Positions 59,574 to 64,000 of a DNA stretch of 64,000 nt are shown piece after piece. The stretch spans positions 3,232,001 to 3,296,000 of the forward strand of contig OZ243916.1 in assembly GCA_965213675.1 (NCBI GenBank). Direction: 5' to 3'. The stretch's first letter is position 1. Each line of letters starts with the position of its first letter. Under the pieces are notes generated by a model, which was not told where the DNA came from, ran no database searches, and saw nothing but the letters and a program-made list of their open reading frames with translations. This DNA is from an uncultured Candidatus Binatia bacterium (lineage in GTDB: Bacteria; Desulfobacterota; Binatia; UBA9968; JAJDTQ01). A program made the translations under genes and the position numbers.

Positions 59574-60620
59574 ATGACGCGCGATAACCCGCCGGCGGAC
59601 GCGGCGCCCCGGACGTTCCCGGAACATTTCGAGCGCCTGCGGCGGCGCTATCTTCCCGAGGTCCTCGCGCTGCTCGACGATGCCGTTCGCGAGGCTGGCC
59701 TGACTGGTTCAGGCCTGGCGGAGACGTGCCGCTACCAGTTCGACACGGGCGGCAAACGGCTGCGCGCGTTGCTGCCGCTGCTGGTGGCGGACTGTCTGGA
59801 AGAAGATCCCGCCAAGGCGCTGGCAATGGGCGCGGCGTGTGAGATGGTGCACAACGCGACGCTGGTGCACGACGACGTGCAGGACGGCGACGAGACGCGC
59901 AGGGATCGACAGACCGTGTGGCGGCGCTTTGGTGTGCCCCGGGCCATCGATCTCGGCGACGCGATGTTCTATTTCGCGGTGTTGCTGGCGCAGCGCGCGC
60001 CGGTGGCCGGCCAATTGCGGGAGGTTCTGACCCGGAGACTTCTGCTTGAGACCCTGAAGGTCATCGACGGGCAGGAGCAGGAGTTCGCGTTGCGCGCGGA
60101 GGCGCGGCCGACCATGGAACGGTACTTCGCCATGGTCGAAGCCAAGACCGCGCGCTTGTTCGTTCTGGCCATGGCCGGCGCCGCCGAGATGCTTGGCCAG
60201 GAAGGCCGGGTCATCGAGAGCCTCACGGAGGCGGCGCGCCACCTCGGCATCCTGTTCCAGTTGCAGGACGACGTGCTGGACCTGTACGGGGACAAGGGCC
60301 GGAGCGAGCGCGGCAGCGACATCGCCGAGGGGAAGCGCAGCATCCTGGCGGTGCATGCCCTGGAGCACGCCGCATCGGACGACGCCCGGTGGCTGCGCGA
60401 GGTGCTCGACAAGGAACGGGAGGGGACTTCTCCGGCGGATGTGAACCGGGCTGCGGCGTTGTTCGAACGCGCCGGTTCGTTGGCTTTCGCGATTCGGGAA
60501 ATGCGCGCGCGGAAGCTCGCGGCCGCGGCCGCGGTGGCGCCATCGGGACGGCCGCGGCTTTCGGCCCTGGTGGACGGGATGACCGAAACGGTCCTGGAAC
60601 CCATCCGCGGCCTCATTTGA
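59574..60620 (+). CDS. polyprenyl diphosphate synthase
   Basis: GGKRLR, LVHDDVQD..ETRR (FARM), KTA, FQLQDDVLD (SARM), DIAEGK. Confidence 0.9.
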   Translation: MTRDNPPADAAPRTFPEHFERLRRRYLPEVLALLDDAVREAGLTGSGLAETCRYQFDTGGKRLRALLPLLVADCLEEDPAKALAMGAACEMVHNATLVHDDVQDGDETRRDRQTVWRRFGVPRAIDLGDAMFYFAVLLAQRAPVAGQLREVLTRRLLLETLKVIDGQEQEFALRAEARPTMERYFAMVEAKTARLFVLAMAGAAEMLGQEGRVIESLTEAARHLGILFQLQDDVLDLYGDKGRSERGSDIAEGKRSILAVHALEHAASDDARWLREVLDKEREGTSPADVNRAAALFERAGSLAFAIREMRARKLAAAAAVAPSGRPRLSALVDGMTETVLEPIRGLI

Positions 60621-60708
60621 TGGCGCGCATCCACCCTTTCCCGGGTGTCGCCCTGGTTCTCGATACGTCCGTGCCGATGTTACAGGCCACAGCACAGGAG
60701 TCACGCTC

Positions 60709-62121
60709 ATGAAGATGTTTCTCGCCGGAGAGTGGGTGGATCGCCCGAGGATGCAGGAGGTCGGCAACCCCTACGACGATACCGTGATCGACAGTGTTCC
60801 CAAGGCCGGACGCGACGATGTCGACCGCGCGCTCGCCTTTGCCGCGCGCGGCGCCGCCGTCATGGCGCGCATGACCGCGTACGAACGCTGGCAGGTGCTC
60901 ACCCGGGCGGCCGCCTTGATGGCGGAGCGGGTGGATGAATTGGGCACGCTCATTTCCGCGGAAGAAGGCAAGGTGCTGGCGGAAGGCAAGGGTGAGGTGC
61001 GCCGCGCGGTGGAGACGCTGACTGCGTCGGCCGAGGAAGCCAAGCGGATTCACGGCGAGACCGTGCCGCTGGACGCGGATCCCGCGGGAGCGGGGAAGCT
61101 GGGGTTCACGCTGCGCGTGCCGTGCGGCGTGGTGGTGGCCATCGGCCCCTTCAACTTCCCGCTCAACCTCTTGTGCCACAAGGTCGGCCCGGCCATCGCC
61201 GGGGGCAACGCGGTGGTCATCAAGCCCGCCTCGGATACGCCCCTGTCGGGGCTCAAGCTGACCGAAGTCCTGCTGGAGGCCGGGCTGCCGCCCGAGGGCG
61301 TGCAGTGCCTCACGGGCTCCGGCGGCGAGATCGGCGATCCGTTGGTGGCGGACCCGCGCGTGCGCAAGATCACGTTCACCGGCAGCCGCGAGGTGGGCGA
61401 GAACATCTGCCGCATGGCGGGCATCAAGAAGGTCACCATGGAGCTGGGCTCCAACTGCCCCCTCATCGTCATGCCGGACGCGGACCTGGACAAGGTGGCC
61501 GCGGCCGTGGCCACCACCGGTTACGCCAACGCCGGCCAGGTGTGCATCTCCACCCAGCGCGTGCTCACCGAGCGTCACGTGTACGCGGATTTCCTGAGCG
61601 TGCTGGCGCCCAAGGTCGAGGCGCTGGCCGTGGGCAGCCAGCTTGACACCGCCACGCAGGTCGGTCCCATGATCAAGGAAGCCGAGGCCGTTCGCGTGGA
61701 AGAATGGGTCCAGGAGGCCGTGGGCGAGGGCGCCCGGGTGGTGGCGGGCGGCTCGCGCAACGGCGCGGTGTACGCTCCCACGGTGGTGGCCGACGTATCC
61801 CGGGGCATGCGCCTCTCGCGTGACGAGCTTTTCGGGCCGGCCGTAGCGGTGACGCCCTTCGAGTCCATCGACGAAGCCATCGAGTTGGCCAACGACACGG
61901 TGTTCGGTCTTTCCGCGGGGATATTCACCCAGAACGTCGACTGGGCCATGCGCTTCGCCCGCGAGGTGGAGTCCGGCAATCTGCACATCAACTGGGGGCC
62001 TCAATGGCGCGCCGACGTGATGCCCTACGGCGGGCTCAAGGAGTCCGGCTTCGGCAAGGAAGGGCCGCGCTACGCCGTCGAGGAGATGACCGAGCTCAAG
62101 ACGGTGGTCTTTCACCTGTAG
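60709..62121 (+). CDS. aldehyde dehydrogenase
   Basis: [41 protein letters not shown]. Confidence 0.95.
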   Translation: MKMFLAGEWVDRPRMQEVGNPYDDTVIDSVPKAGRDDVDRALAFAARGAAVMARMTAYERWQVLTRAAALMAERVDELGTLISAEEGKVLAEGKGEVRRAVETLTASAEEAKRIHGETVPLDADPAGAGKLGFTLRVPCGVVVAIGPFNFPLNLLCHKVGPAIAGGNAVVIKPASDTPLSGLKLTEVLLEAGLPPEGVQCLTGSGGEIGDPLVADPRVRKITFTGSREVGENICRMAGIKKVTMELGSNCPLIVMPDADLDKVAAAVATTGYANAGQVCISTQRVLTERHVYADFLSVLAPKVEALAVGSQLDTATQVGPMIKEAEAVRVEEWVQEAVGEGARVVAGGSRNGAVYAPTVVADVSRGMRLSRDELFGPAVAVTPFESIDEAIELANDTVFGLSAGIFTQNVDWAMRFAREVESGNLHINWGPQWRADVMPYGGLKESGFGKEGPRYAVEEMTELKTVVFHL

Positions 62122-62164
62122 CGGCGATGCGGACCCGAAGGGTCGTGGGGAGGCTTGCGTAGAC

Positions 62165-62902
62165 ATGCGAGTGGACGGACGCGGACTGGACGAACTCCGC
62201 ACCATCGACATTACGCCGGGTTTCATCAAGCACGCCGATGGCTCGGCGTTGATCGAGATGGGCGATACCCGGGTCATCTGCACCGCTGCGCTGGAAGACC
62301 GCGTGCCGCCCTTTCTGCGCAAGACCGGGCGGGGTTGGATCACCGCGGAGTACGGCATGTTGCCGTCGTCGTCGCCCGCGCGCATTCCGCGGGAGGCATC
62401 GCGCACGGGTGGCCGCACCCACGAGATCCAGCGGCTCATCGGCCGCAGCTTGCGGTCCGTGGCGGATATGAGTTGCCTGGGCGAGAGGACCGTGTGGCTC
62501 GATTGTGACGTGATTCAGGCCGACGGCGGCACGCGCACCGCGTCCATCACCGGCGCCTACGTCGCCCTGGCGTGCGCCCTCGCGGGATGGACGGCCCGAA
62601 AAACCGTGCCTGAGCGTCTGCTCAGGGACAGCGTGGCCGCGGTCAGCGTGGGAGTGGTCGATGGCGAGGCCATGCTTGACCTGAACGCCGCCGAAGACAG
62701 CGGCGCGGAGGTGGACATGAACTTCGTCATGACCGGATCGGGGAAATTCGTGGAGGTGCAGGGCACCGCCGAGAAGGAACCCTTCAGCGTTGAGCAGCTT
62801 TCCCGGTTGATCGGTCTGGCACAGACCGGTATACAACGGATACAGGAGGTCCAGGAACGGATTCTCCAGGACTGGCGCGCCGCGTCGCGGGGCTTCGCAT
62901 GA
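62165..62902 (+). CDS. rph: ribonuclease PH
   Basis: [52 protein letters not shown]. Confidence 0.97.
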   Translation: MRVDGRGLDELRTIDITPGFIKHADGSALIEMGDTRVICTAALEDRVPPFLRKTGRGWITAEYGMLPSSSPARIPREASRTGGRTHEIQRLIGRSLRSVADMSCLGERTVWLDCDVIQADGGTRTASITGAYVALACALAGWTARKTVPERLLRDSVAAVSVGVVDGEAMLDLNAAEDSGAEVDMNFVMTGSGKFVEVQGTAEKEPFSVEQLSRLIGLAQTGIQRIQEVQERILQDWRAASRGFA

Positions 62903-62945
62903 GCCGGGAAGCGCCCCGCGCTGTTCGTGTTGCCGCCTTGCTCCG

Positions 62946-64000
62946 ATGAAACACCGAAACCTCCAGCACTCCAGGATTGCTTTCCTGGTCTCCCTCGCTC
63001 TATTGCTCACGGCCTGCAGCGTGAACAAGCTGTCCATCGACGCTCCCAACGATGGACAGGAATTGGAGTTCCAGTTCCAGCCAGGGATCGAAGCCTTCCA
63101 CGAACTACCCCGCATCACCGGGGGACATCCTCCCTATGAATCGGAGCTCGTCGGCTGCCCTGACTGGGTGGATCAACCCGGCGCTGCCGAGGTCACTGTC
63201 TTGGCCCTCCAAGGCACGGCTCCTTACCAGGATCAGGGCAAGACCCTCTCTTGTACCTACATCGTCAGGGACTCCTACGATGACCCTCGCACCGAAGGGA
63301 ACGAACAGGACAGGCAGATTCGGGCCTTCGCGCTCCGTCTCGTGGTCGCGGAAATCGAGCCGCTGGCGCTGCGTTATCCGGTCGTGCCGCCTTTGTCGGT
63401 AGGAACCCACCGCAGGTCAATTCTCCCAGAGGCAACGGGCGGAATCCAGCCGTACGAGTATTCACTCGTGTGCCCCAGCGTAGCGGAGGAGCCACGTTTG
63501 CCGCCAGGAATGACGTTCTCCTCCGAAACCCGCGCCTTTGCAGGGACGCCGGAACGACCCTTCCACGATACGTGCGCGTACACGGTGGCGGATAGTGCCG
63601 TGGGGGAAGACAACCCAGCGAATACAGTTTCGTGGGCGATTGACATATGGGTGGATGGGGAAGATCTGGAGCTTGCGGCAATCGCATGGGTGCCGCTTCT
63701 AAGCGTTGGCGGGTATTTCAGCGGGACATTGCCGCAGGCGACAGGCGGAGTGGCGCCGTACGTATACTCATTTGTGTGTCCGACGGTAGAGGAGGCGCCG
63801 AACCTGCCGTCGGGGATGCGTTTTGCGCCGGAGACGCAGGTGTTCGCGGGGACGCCGGCGGGTCCGTTCCGGGATTCGTGCACGTACACGGTAACGGACA
63901 GTGCAGAGACACCGGCGACGGTGACGCAAGCGGTTGAGGTGGAGGTGGCGTCGGGCCCGCCGTTGGCGCTGTCCAGGCCGGCGAAGATCAGTCTGGAGGT
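62946..64000 (+). CDS. lipoprotein with tandem Ig-like (He_PIG/cadherin-like) repeats (partial, runs off the window end)
   Basis: Manual translation MKHRNLQHSRIAFLVSLALLLTAC (lipobox); repeats LP.ATGG..PY.YS..CP......LP.GM.F..ET..FAGTP..PF.D.C.YTV.DSA with a 102-aa period. Confidence 0.8.
   Translation, partial: MKHRNLQHSRIAFLVSLALLLTACSVNKLSIDAPNDGQELEFQFQPGIEAFHELPRITGGHPPYESELVGCPDWVDQPGAAEVTVLALQGTAPYQDQGKTLSCTYIVRDSYDDPRTEGNEQDRQIRAFALRLVVAEIEPLALRYPVVPPLSVGTHRRSILPEATGGIQPYEYSLVCPSVAEEPRLPPGMTFSSETRAFAGTPERPFHDTCAYTVADSAVGEDNPANTVSWAIDIWVDGEDLELAAIAWVPLLSVGGYFSGTLPQATGGVAPYVYSFVCPTVEEAPNLPSGMRFAPETQVFAGTPAGPFRDSCTYTVTDSAETPATVTQAVEVEVASGPPLALSRPAKISLE

Overview
GC-rich (roughly two-thirds GC by eye) bacterial chromosomal window. 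Gene content and style suggest a deltaproteobacterial lineage such as Candidatus Binatia (inference only). Bases 1-23 kb hold a dense catabolic region: CoA-transferase, amidohydrolases, cupins, creatininase, a divergent TPP E1 alpha/beta pair, acyl-CoA ligase, an AprAB/SdhA-like flavoprotein plus ferredoxin, and NamZ, interspersed with toxin-antitoxin modules. Bases 23-33 kb carry pilX, a pilM-pilN-pilO/P-fusion operon and priA-def-fmt-rsmB-tRNA-Pro. Bases 33-47 kb are accessory and envelope genes (GT4, TupA-like ATP-grasp, porin, amgK-murU). Bases 47-64 kb carry a split NAD synthetase, ilvE, lplA, aceE-aceF-lpdA, ferredoxin, lipB, a prenyltransferase, ALDH, rph and an Ig-repeat lipoprotein. 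No CRISPR array, integrase or transposase was seen. The most notable non-coding signals are: (i) a 155-157 bp fold-back MITE family with IS481-like TGT...ACA ends, CTAG-type flanks and a conserved core shared by two different terminal-repeat subfamilies; (ii) several nested REP-like families; (iii) a ~183 nt multi-stem candidate RNA between pilM and priA; (iv) a Val/Leu/Ile-rich leader ORF overlapping ilvE. All product calls come from motif recognition, not database searches.
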